A DNA stretch of 50,742 bases from a bacterium. GTDB taxonomy: Bacteria > JAHJDO01. The notes under the pieces are model-generated. The model worked only from the letters and a program-made list of their open reading frames with translations. It had not been told where the DNA came from and did no database searches. Position 1 is the first letter of the stretch. Each line of letters opens with the position of its first letter. The DNA lies in the NCBI GenBank assembly GCA_030611945.1, contig JAUWOV010000001.1, forward strand, positions 1-50,742. Direction: 5' to 3'. Positions 1-8,024 of this stretch are shown one piece after another. The position numbers and the translations under genes were made by a program.

Positions 1-1
1 T

Positions 2-148
2 AGTGTAGGAACGCATACTATTTTTATTGGTAAAGTCGCAGAAGCCGAAGTGCTTAAAGGGGGAGAACCAATGACTTATGCCTATTATCATAAGATTAAA
101 GGAGGCAGGCCGCCCAAAACAGCACCAACATATATTAAAGAGAAATAG
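2..148 (+). CDS. 3' end of a flavin reductase-like (flavoredoxin-type) protein, cut by window edge
   Basis: Hand translation gives SVGTHTIFIGKVAEAEVLKGGEPMTYAYYHKIKGGRPPKTAPTYIKEK*, which resembles the C-terminus of FMN-binding split-barrel flavin reductases. It is adjacent to rubredoxin. Confidence 0.45.
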   Translation, partial: SVGTHTIFIGKVAEAEVLKGGEPMTYAYYHKIKGGRPPKTAPTYIKEK

Positions 149-164
149 ATAAAATCGGAGAAAT

Positions 165-305
165 ATGATGACAAAATATAAATGCACTGTTTGCGGGTAT
201 ATTTATGATCCGGCAGAAAACAATAATGTTACATTTGAAGATTTACCGGACGATTGGGTTTGTCCGGTTTGCGGAGTTGATAAGGATAAATTTGAGAAGT
301 TATGA
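165..305 (+). CDS. rubredoxin (46 aa; below the ORF-track length cutoff)
   Basis: Hand translation gives [46 protein letters not shown]. It has two CxxCG knuckles and the DDWxCPxC signature of rubredoxins. Confidence 0.9.
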   Translation: MMTKYKCTVCGYIYDPAENNNVTFEDLPDDWVCPVCGVDKDKFEKL

Positions 306-952
306 AGGAATTGACTCCTGAAGTCCGAAATCTTATTTTAGATTATGGGGAGAAAAAGTCCAAAATAGGAAAACGATTAAAGGAGTTCAAGGAAGTCTGG
401 AAGCAGCCTGATAAGCAAATATTCAGCGAACTTTGTTTTTGTCTATGCACTCCGCAATCAAAGGCAATTTATTGCGGCAGTGCTATTTCTGCTCTTGAGA
501 AAAAAGAAATTCTTTTCAAGGGCAATACCCCTCAGATAAGAAGAGGTTTAAAAGCTGTTCGTTTTCCCAATAATAAGACTTGTTATATTATGGAAGCGCG
601 TAAACTTTTTACCGTGAATGGTATTATTAAAATAAAAAACAAAATTGATAAAAATAATATTTTTGAAACTCGTCAGTGGTTTGTCCGCAATGTAAAAGGA
701 TTAGGCTTTAAGGAAGCTAGCCATTTCCTAAGAAATATCGGTTTTGGCGGTGATTTTGCCATACTTGATGTGCATATACTGCGTAATCTCGTAAAATATA
801 AAGTCATAAAAGAACTTCCAAAGATTATAAGCAGGAAAGTATATATAGATATTGAAAGTAAGATACGAAGGTTTTCTAAAAAGATAGATATCCCAATGGA
901 TGAACTTGATATTTTGTTTTGGGCAAAACAAACAGGGTACATATTCAAATGA
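302..952 (+). CDS. ogg: N-glycosylase/DNA lyase, Ogg2-type 8-oxoguanine DNA glycosylase (HhH-GPD superfamily)
   Basis: Motifs [15 protein letters not shown] and the helix-hairpin-helix [15 protein letters not shown] followed by AILDVH match archaeal/Thermotoga-type Ogg2. The start overlaps the rubredoxin stop (ATGA). Confidence 0.7.
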   Translation: MKELTPEVRNLILDYGEKKSKIGKRLKEFKEVWKQPDKQIFSELCFCLCTPQSKAIYCGSAISALEKKEILFKGNTPQIRRGLKAVRFPNNKTCYIMEARKLFTVNGIIKIKNKIDKNNIFETRQWFVRNVKGLGFKEASHFLRNIGFGGDFAILDVHILRNLVKYKVIKELPKIISRKVYIDIESKIRRFSKKIDIPMDELDILFWAKQTGYIFK

Positions 953-1023
953 AGAAAACCGAAAAAAGCTTTCCCCTGTTTTCCCTTTATGGTTTGAGGA
1001 TGGTGGTGTATAATTGTAGATAG

Positions 1024-1293
1024 AATGGCAAAACAATTATTTTTGAAGACACTATTCTCGAGCACTTTGAATTTGAAGAAGAGAAAGCAACAGTAAACGA
1101 GATAAAGTTTATAGAAGATTTACGGCAAGAGCACGTCGATGTGCTTAAAAAGCTCGACCAATTTAAAAAAATAAGTTCTGAGTGTAGTCCTGAGTCGGAT
1201 GGGAAACAGATAGATACAGTGATAAATTTTAGCAGGGAAATATTACAGATAATAATTGACCATATCCAAATAGGGAAAATTTTGTTAAAATAA
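1024..1293 (+). pseudogene. possible relic of a hemerythrin-like gene (C-terminal half only, no usable start)
   Basis: An open frame without an ATG translates to ...DTILEHFEFEEEKATVNEIKFIEDLRQEHVDVLKKL...IIIDHIQIGKILLK*. It has HFxxEE, EH and DHI spacing like the second half of bacteriohemerythrins. Upstream frames are broken by stops. Confidence 0.25.
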
Positions 1294-1575
1294 GAATGTT
1301 GGTATGAGAAAAAATCTAAAATCGAAATAATTTTACGGGATATAAACGGGATATTGAGAGATTACATTGAGTTATCTTCAGTGACAGATAGTGACAAAGA
1401 TTTATTTCTGTAACTACCTGTGTTGCCAACTGTTGCAATGTAAGTTATTGGGGAAGAGGAACTTAAGAAAACCGGTCATTTAGTGTCCCTCCCTCTCCGC
1501 CAGCTTGTTTAATATCAAGGCGCTTGATTATTTAACACCTATGAGATATATTGAGAATCACAAAATGGAGGATTT

Positions 1576-3639
1576 ATGAAAGAATATACTAGCGAGAAAA
1601 TAAGAAATATTATTCTAGTAGGACAGGCGAGATCCGGCAAGACTTCTCTTGCAGAAGCAATTCTACATAATTCAGGGGGTTCAAACAGACTGGGCAAGGT
1701 AGATGAAGGATCAAGTAATTTTGATTATACTCCTGAAGAAACACAAAGAATGACAACAATAACTTCAAAGGTTTGCGCATGTGAATATAATGATAGCAAA
1801 ATAAATGTTATTGATACTCCTGGATATGCCGACTTTAGAGGAGAGATGAACTCTGCGCTTAGAGTTGTAAATAATGTAATAATAGTATGTGACTCTACAA
1901 TAGAAGTTAGCTTGAAGAGTGAAAGAATCTGGAAAATGGTAAAGTCTGAAGCTTCAAGCAGACTGATTTTTGTGAATAAAATAGATAAAGATGGTTCAAG
2001 TTTTTTCAAAACTATTGAGTCTGCCGCAAAAATATTCAAAGAAAGAGTTATCCCTCTACAGATTCCGATAGGAGAAGGATCATCTTTTGGCGGGATTATT
2101 GACCTACTAAGTATGAAGGCAATACAGGGTTCAAAAACAGAGAATATCCCTGAAGCTCTTTTAGATCAAGCAAATCAATATAGGGGAAAACTAGTTGAAG
2201 CGCTTGCTGAAAGTGATGATGCCTTGACAGAAAAATATCTTGAAGGAGGGAAACTTTCTCAGGACGAACTCTCCAATGCATTAAGTAAAAGCATTCAATC
2301 AGGATTATTTATTCCGGCAATGTGCGGTTCTGCATTGAATAACGCTGGGATAAAATTGCTTACAGACTTAATAACATCTTCTATGCTGTCTCCTGTTGTA
2401 GATGGTACTGTATCAGGGAAAAAGCCGAGTACAGATGAAGTCGTAGAAAGAAAGGCGTCGGATTCGGATCCATTCAGCGCTTTGGTCTTCAAAACAGTAT
2501 CCGAGCCTCATCTCGGAGAGCTAAGCTTTTTCAGAATATATTCAGGCACGGTATCTTCTTCATCAGATGTTTATAATTCTGCCAGAAGGGAGAAAGAAAG
2601 GCTTGGACAAATTGTGCAAATGCAGGGAAAGAATAAAATAGATGTAGATAAATTACATGCAGGAGATATTGGAATAGTTGCTAAACTGAAAAACACGAAA
2701 ACAGGTGATACTTTGTGTGACTCCGGAAATCCTATAGTTTTCCCCCCTCCTAAATTTCCTTTATCAATTATATCATTTGCAATTAAGCCTGAAACAAGAA
2801 AAGACGAAGATAAAATTGGTACAGCTTTGACTAAATTAAAAGAAGAAGATCCAACATTAAGAGTGGAAGTTGATAAGGAATTCGGACAAACAATCATTTC
2901 CGGGCTTGGAGAGCTTCATTTGGAGGTTATTGCAAGTAAACTGGCAAAAAAATTTGGCGTGAGCGTTAGTATGGAAAAACCAAGAATTCCGTATAGAGAA
3001 ACAATAAGGAAATCTGCAAAGGGTCATACTAAATACAAAAAGCAGTCCGGAGGGCGCGGACAGTACGCTGAGGTGTATATTGAGGTTAAACCTCTGAAAA
3101 TCGGCAAGGGATTTGAGTTTATTAATAAGATAGTTGGAGGCGCTATCCCTGCTAAATTTATTTCTTCAGTTGAAAAGGGACTAAAACAGGCGATTCAAAA
3201 GGGAGCTTTGGCTGGTTATCCTGTCGTGGACTTGAGTGTATCGCTATATGACGGAACGTTTCATAACGTTGATTCCTCTGATATAGCTTTTCAAATAGCT
3301 GCATCTATGGCGTTTAAAGAGGCTATGATAGCGGCACATCCTGTACTTACAGAACCTATCATGGAGACGGAGGTAACGGTTCCATCTCAATATATGGGAG
3401 ATGTTAATGGAGACATGAACTCCAGACGCGGAAGAATTATTGGAATTGACACAGATGGCAGCGCTCAAACAATAAAAGCGAATGTACCTTTGGCGGAACT
3501 CTATAAATATGCAATGGATCTTAAATCTATGACACAGGGGGGCGGTACTTACAGCATGCATTTTTCGCATTATGAACAGGTTCCCGCGCAAATAAGCAGT
3601 AAGGTTGTTGAAGAAACAGAAAAAATGAAGAAAGGATAG
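1576..3639 (+). CDS. elongation factor G family GTPase, EF-G paralogue (EF-G2-like)
   Basis: G1 is GQARSGKT, G3 is DTPGYADF (Tyr where canonical EF-G has His) and G4 is NKID. Domain IV has GTFHNVDSSD and the full five-domain length is present (687 aa). It is not in an rpsL-rpsG-fusA context. Confidence 0.85.
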   Translation: MKEYTSEKIRNIILVGQARSGKTSLAEAILHNSGGSNRLGKVDEGSSNFDYTPEETQRMTTITSKVCACEYNDSKINVIDTPGYADFRGEMNSALRVVNNVIIVCDSTIEVSLKSERIWKMVKSEASSRLIFVNKIDKDGSSFFKTIESAAKIFKERVIPLQIPIGEGSSFGGIIDLLSMKAIQGSKTENIPEALLDQANQYRGKLVEALAESDDALTEKYLEGGKLSQDELSNALSKSIQSGLFIPAMCGSALNNAGIKLLTDLITSSMLSPVVDGTVSGKKPSTDEVVERKASDSDPFSALVFKTVSEPHLGELSFFRIYSGTVSSSSDVYNSARREKERLGQIVQMQGKNKIDVDKLHAGDIGIVAKLKNTKTGDTLCDSGNPIVFPPPKFPLSIISFAIKPETRKDEDKIGTALTKLKEEDPTLRVEVDKEFGQTIISGLGELHLEVIASKLAKKFGVSVSMEKPRIPYRETIRKSAKGHTKYKKQSGGRGQYAEVYIEVKPLKIGKGFEFINKIVGGAIPAKFISSVEKGLKQAIQKGALAGYPVVDLSVSLYDGTFHNVDSSDIAFQIAASMAFKEAMIAAHPVLTEPIMETEVTVPSQYMGDVNGDMNSRRGRIIGIDTDGSAQTIKANVPLAELYKYAMDLKSMTQGGGTYSMHFSHYEQVPAQISSKVVEETEKMKKG

Positions 3640-3646
3640 AGAATAT

Positions 3647-4390
3647 ATGTCTGGTCATTCAAAATGGGCATCTATTAAACATAAGAAGGCGAAAGTTGAT
3701 GCGCAGCGCGGAAAGACATTTACAAAGCTTATCAAGGAGATAACTGTTGCTGCGCGCAGTGGAGGAGGCGATATCAACGCTAATGCCAGACTAAGAAGCG
3801 CTATTCAGGTAGCAAAGGACGCAAACATGCCTGCGTCAAATGTAGAACGCGCAATTAAAAAAGGAACAGGGGAATTACCCGGAGTAAACTACGAAGAGCT
3901 TACGTATGAAGGATATGGCCCTGCCGGAGTAGCTATTTATGCAGAACTTCTTACTGATAATAAGAATCGTACAGCTGCTGAAATAAAACATGTTTTCTCA
4001 AAAAGCGGCGGGCATCTTGCTGAAGCAGGAAGTGTAGCGTGGATGTTTGAGAAAAAGGGCTTATGTCATGTTAAGAAGGAAGTTATAAGTGAAGATAGAC
4101 TCATGGAGATTGTTTTAGACGCTGGTGCTGAAGATATGACCACAGAAAGTGATTTTTACGAGGTCATAACTAATCCTCAAACTTTTGAACAAGTGAAGAC
4201 AGCAATTCTGAAAGAAGGCATCACCCCTGAACTGGTAGAAATAAGCATGATACCTAAGAGCACGGTTCCCGTTACAGAGAAAAAGGCGGAACAGATGCTT
4301 CATCTTATGGAAGCCCTTGAGGATCATGATGACGTGCAGCATGTTTATGCAAATTTTGATATTTCTGATGAGGAAATGGAAAATATATAG
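3647..4390 (+). CDS. yebC: YebC/PmpR family DNA-binding transcriptional regulator
   Basis: The N-terminus MSGHSKWASIKHKKAKVDAQRGKTFTKL is diagnostic of the family. The gene has the classic position upstream of ruvC. Confidence 0.9.
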   Translation: MSGHSKWASIKHKKAKVDAQRGKTFTKLIKEITVAARSGGGDINANARLRSAIQVAKDANMPASNVERAIKKGTGELPGVNYEELTYEGYGPAGVAIYAELLTDNKNRTAAEIKHVFSKSGGHLAEAGSVAWMFEKKGLCHVKKEVISEDRLMEIVLDAGAEDMTTESDFYEVITNPQTFEQVKTAILKEGITPELVEISMIPKSTVPVTEKKAEQMLHLMEALEDHDDVQHVYANFDISDEEMENI

Positions 4391-4911
4391 TGCGCATTCT
4401 TGGTATTGACCCGGGCGTTGCCAGAACCGGTTATGCAGTTATAGAATCTCAGCAGGGGAAAGATTCTCTTCTACCTTTGAGATTTGGATGTATAGAGACA
4501 TCAAAAGATGAGCCGTTTTTTAATCGTCTCAAGATAATTTACAGAAAAGTCTCTGATATAATAAAAAAGTATGATCCTGATGTTCTTGGCATTGAGGAAC
4601 TGTTTTTTTGCAAAAATGTAAAAACCGCTCTTCAGGTAGGACAAGCAAGGGGAGCGATTATAGTAGCCGGTGTTAACGCTGATCTTGAAATAGCATCCTA
4701 TACGCCTTTGGAGGTAAAGCTGGCTATAGTTGGATATGGAAAAGCATCCAAACAGCAGGTTCAGTTTATGGTAAGAAAACTTTTGCATCTCAAGGAAACA
4801 CCAAAGCCCGACGATGTGGCTGATGCTTTAGCTATTGCCCTGTGTTACATAAATCGATCAGTATCTAGAGGAAGAAGTGATAGGATACATAGAAGGAAAG
4901 TTATCGGTTAA
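4390..4911 (+). CDS. ruvC: crossover junction endodeoxyribonuclease RuvC
   Basis: Motifs ILGIDPGVARTGYAVIE, GIEELFF and DDVADALAIALC are present. It uses a GTG start overlapping the yebC stop by 1 nt. Confidence 0.9.
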   Translation: MRILGIDPGVARTGYAVIESQQGKDSLLPLRFGCIETSKDEPFFNRLKIIYRKVSDIIKKYDPDVLGIEELFFCKNVKTALQVGQARGAIIVAGVNADLEIASYTPLEVKLAIVGYGKASKQQVQFMVRKLLHLKETPKPDDVADALAIALCYINRSVSRGRSDRIHRRKVIG

Positions 4912-4921
4912 CTTTAAATAG
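4877..4921 (+). pseudogene. ruvA: possible 14-codon relic of the ruvA 5' end
   Basis: GTG at 4877 reads VIGYIEGKLSVNFK*, which resembles the canonical RuvA N-terminus (MIGxLxGxL). It sits where ruvA would follow ruvC, but no ruvA or ruvB follows. Confidence 0.3.
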
Positions 4922-4974
4922 CTGTAGGTCACCTTTCCACAAAAAATATTTTCCACTGATAGAGAATTACTTAC

Positions 4975-5014
4975 TTGTGTGTTATGACAATTTATAGTAT
5001 ATTTTTATTGTCAT
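4975..5014 (+). promoter_or_regulatory. candidate sigma70-like promoter plus 8-bp inverted repeat upstream of tolQ
   Basis: TTGTGT (4975-4980), a 17-nt spacer, then TATATT (4998-5003). A perfect inverted repeat ATGACAAT (4984-4991) / ATTGTCAT (5007-5014) straddles the -10. GGAGGA lies upstream of the ATG at 5036. Confidence 0.3.
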
Positions 5015-5035
5015 CTAGAAGGAGGATGAGGAGCG

Positions 5036-5710
5036 ATGAGTAGCAATTTGATTCTATCATTTCAACATTCAGGCTGGGTCGGAAGAATAATTGTTCTTTT
5101 ATTGTTTGCAATTTCTGTAGTATCATGGACTATAATAATCATAAGATTTAAGGCAATTAGGAAAGCAGAAAAAGCATCCAAGCAATTCTTAAAAATATTT
5201 CGTAACTCTTCCTCTGAAAATGTGTTTAATCTGTACATTAAAAGAAACGAAGAATACAAGTTTTCTCCTGTATTTCAAGTCTATAAACAGGGATGTGAGA
5301 AAGTTAATTCTATGGGGGAAGATATTACTGTCTCAGATTTAAAATACATAGAGAAGACACTGTTAAGTTCAGTTAGTGATTCATTCTTCAACCTGGAGAA
5401 ATTCTTAGGATTTCTTGCAACAACTGCAGGAGTCAGCCCTTTTATAGGACTTTTGGGCACTGTATGGGGCATACTTAATGTCTTCCTGCAGGTCAGTTTA
5501 CAGGGAACCGCAAGTATTGGAACTGTTGCTCCTGGAGTTGCTGAGGCGCTGATAACAACTGTAGCAGGGCTGGTAGTAGCAATCCCTGCTCTGGTTGCAT
5601 ACAATTTCTTCTCAAACCAGTTAAGAGTGTTATCAATAGAGACGGATAATTTCGTGGAGGAATTTCTTTCTCTTGCAGAAAGGAAATTAGTTAGGGCACA
5701 GAACCTGTGA
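5036..5710 (+). CDS. tolQ: MotA/TolQ/ExbB proton channel protein (TolQ by context)
   Basis: It has three predicted TM segments and the conserved C-terminal GTVAPGVAEALITTVAGLVVAIPALVAYN block. ExbD/TolR, a TonB-like gene and tolB follow. Confidence 0.85.
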   Translation: MSSNLILSFQHSGWVGRIIVLLLFAISVVSWTIIIIRFKAIRKAEKASKQFLKIFRNSSSENVFNLYIKRNEEYKFSPVFQVYKQGCEKVNSMGEDITVSDLKYIEKTLLSSVSDSFFNLEKFLGFLATTAGVSPFIGLLGTVWGILNVFLQVSLQGTASIGTVAPGVAEALITTVAGLVVAIPALVAYNFFSNQLRVLSIETDNFVEEFLSLAERKLVRAQNL

Positions 5711-6120
5711 AAAGCAGATTATATTCATACACTCCGATCAGCCAGATAAATATTACAAGTCTTGTTGATGTTACAATGGTTCTTTTAATTGTTTTTATTT
5801 TGATTACTCCGATTATGCTTCATGGAATCAATGTCCAGCTTCCACAATCATCATCTGAAAGAATGAATGTTTCAAAGGATGCTGTTACAATCAGTATATC
5901 AAGGTACGGCAGTCTGTATCTGGATAATGCCAAGGTAACATATGAATCCTTAAGAAAACGGCTAAAAATAATTGTTGGATCAACTCAAAATACATGTGTA
6001 ATAATTAAAGCTGATAAATCCGTTAAATATGGTGAAGTAGTTAAAGTTCTTGATATCGTCAAAAAATCAGGCATCTCAAGAGTTGGACTTCCAACCAGAG
6101 TTCGTAATATACGCCGCTGA
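5707..6120 (+). CDS. tolR: ExbD/TolR family protein
   Basis: The INITSLVDVTMVLLIVFIL TM helix carries the conserved Asp, followed by a periplasmic domain with ADKSVKYGEVVKVLD. Its GTG start overlaps the tolQ stop (GTGA). Confidence 0.8.
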   Translation: MKSRLYSYTPISQINITSLVDVTMVLLIVFILITPIMLHGINVQLPQSSSERMNVSKDAVTISISRYGSLYLDNAKVTYESLRKRLKIIVGSTQNTCVIIKADKSVKYGEVVKVLDIVKKSGISRVGLPTRVRNIRR

Positions 6121-6122
6121 AT

Positions 6123-6767
6123 ATGAAAAAAGCTCTGTTAATATCCCTAAGCGTTCACATAAGCATTATTTTATTAATAGTTCTTATTGCAATTGTAAAA
6201 CACAAAACATCAAAGCTTGAAGTTCCGCAATTCGTTCAATTAACTCCAGATATAGAACAGGTTGAAAAACCGACTAAGACTTTAAGGCAATCTTCTCGTC
6301 CCAAACCAGTTCGGAGGCTAAAAAAGACCTCAGACACACGCAAACTAAGGACAAAAATACTTACAAGAATTAAAGCTATGGACAAATCTGATTCGGCAAA
6401 ACGTATTTCCATTAAAAAAGAGAAGACAGTAAAATCTCTACAGCCTGTAAGCAAAGAAGATGTGCATATCAGCGCTGGAAGATTTCCTTATCTGTGGTAT
6501 TTAACCGTAATAAAAACTAAGTTGTCAAATGCATGGATACCGCCGAGTGAATATGTAATACAAAAAGAGGGGACATATGTTACAGTTAGCTTTACACTTA
6601 ATAAAAATGGCACTATAGACAATGTGAAAGCAAAGCATTCTTCTGGCATAAAATTACTTGATAATTCAGCACTAGATGCTGTAAAGTCAGTAGGAACTCT
6701 ACCTGCTCTTCCTTCAGAATGGAAAGAAGAATATTTAGATGTTAGCATTATTTTTAAAACACTATGA
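6123..6767 (+). CDS. TonB/TolA-like energy transducer (N-terminal anchor, basic linker, TonB_C-like domain)
   Basis: It has a single N-terminal TM, a Lys/Arg/Pro-rich linker, and a C-terminal domain with VSFTLNKNGTIDNVKAKHSSGIKLLDNSALDAV. It occupies the tolA position in the cluster. Confidence 0.6.
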   Translation: MKKALLISLSVHISIILLIVLIAIVKHKTSKLEVPQFVQLTPDIEQVEKPTKTLRQSSRPKPVRRLKKTSDTRKLRTKILTRIKAMDKSDSAKRISIKKEKTVKSLQPVSKEDVHISAGRFPYLWYLTVIKTKLSNAWIPPSEYVIQKEGTYVTVSFTLNKNGTIDNVKAKHSSGIKLLDNSALDAVKSVGTLPALPSEWKEEYLDVSIIFKTL

Positions 6768-8021
6768 AAAACATTAACTTCAATTTGTTAAAACTATGTG
6801 CCTATGTGCCTATGTGCCTATCTATTTTTTGTTCTTATCCCTGTTTTTCCTCAGAAGTTCAGCTGAGCATATCTAAAGAATCCGCAAAGAAACTAAATCT
6901 GCTCATTGAGACTTTCGCTGTTGAAGGAGCCAAGTCTGATACAGAATTAGAAAAAGCAATTTATACTGGTTTGTCAAAACATTTGAAGTACTCCGGGCAT
7001 TTTTCCGTACAAAAACTGGTTTCAAAAGACACAGAATTAGTAATTAAAGGCTCTTATAAAATAAAAAAAGAGAAACTTGTTCTTATAACAAAGATATATT
7101 CTCCATCAGCAAACCATGAAATATTTGCCAGAAAATATCAAGGACTAATCCATCAGTCCAGCTTATTAATAAAAACTATTGCCAGTGATATTATAGAAAA
7201 GGTTACCGGAGAAAAAAGCATTGTATTCTCAAGGGTTGCCTATACTTCTTCTGATAAGACGGGCGTAAAACAAATATATTTAATAGATTATGATGGGGAA
7301 AATAGAGAGAAAATCACTTCAGGAGATTATAATAACATTGAACCTTGCTGGTTCCCTGATCGCGCTAAGATTGCATACACCTCATATAAGAATGGTTATC
7401 CTGGAATATTTACCTGCAATCTGAAGAATCGCAAGAAAGAAGCTTTGATTTGTTATCCGGGAGTTAATGCAGCCTCTGCTATCTCAAATGACGGCAAGAA
7501 TATGGTCTTAATACTAAGCAAAGATGGAAATCCGGAATTATATAAAGTTTCCCTGCCTGATTTACTTCTTAAGCGACTAACAGCTTCTCGAGCAGTAGAA
7601 TCAAGTCCAACATGGTCCCCCAGATAACCAAAAAATAGCATTTGTCTCAGATCGCAAAGGAACTCCTCAAATATACATACATTATTTAACTGATAATAAG
7701 ACAATCAGGCTTACATTTGATGGAACGTATAACACAGATCCTTGCTGGTCTCCAGTCTCTAATAAGATTGCTTACGCGTCAGTGAAAAATGGGAATTTCC
7801 AAATCTATATAGCTAATTTGGACGTTTATGGAGTTTATCAGTTGACATATGAACCGCATCATCATGAGAATCCTTCTTGGGCTCCTGACGGGAGACATAT
7901 TGTTTACAGCGTTACAAAGAATTTCAGATCATATTTGGAAGTAATGGATGTCATAACAGGAGAGAAATATAGATTAACCTCTCCGGGACATAATGCGTTA
8001 GAACCTGCATGGTCAAGGTGA
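6764..8021 (+). pseudogene. tolB: tolB (beta-propeller Tol-Pal component) interrupted by a +1 frameshift in a C5 run
   Basis: ORF 6764-7627 ends ...SSPTWSPR*. Dropping one C from the run at 7617-7621 gives ...TWSPDNQKIAFVSDRKGTPQIYI..., which joins in frame with ORF 7782-8021 and has no intervening stops. Repeated WSPDG-like propeller motifs are present (PCWFPD, PTWSPD, PCWSP, PSWAPDG, PAWS). Confidence 0.8.
6795..6822 (+). repeat. tandem 8-nt repeat TATGTGCC x3 (plus partial 4th) inside the tolB signal-peptide region
   Basis: Read directly: TATGTGCC at 6795-6802, 6803-6810 and 6811-6818, then TATC. It encodes LCAYVPMCLS. Confidence 0.95.
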
Positions 8022-8024
8022 TGT

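Noticed and set aside
1486-1502. The sequence TCCCTCCCTCTCCGCCA resembles a tRNA acceptor 3' end with CCA, so it could be a tRNA or a tRNA-fragment att site.
   Set aside because: No T-arm (GTTCRAnnC-type loop with a complementary 5-bp stem), anticodon arm or 5' acceptor strand can be formed from the upstream 80 nt. It is most likely a chance match.
6795-6822. The short tandem repeats (here and at 36603-36642) as a degenerate CRISPR array.
   Set aside because: The units are only 8 nt with no spacers, and no cas genes are present. They are simple tandem repeats.
7611-7630. Programmed ribosomal frameshifting in tolB.
   Set aside because: I see no recognised slippery heptamer or downstream structure, and tolB is not known to use recoding. 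A homopolymer indel (sequencing error or a genuine pseudogene) is the simpler explanation. It is reported as a frameshift, not as recoding.
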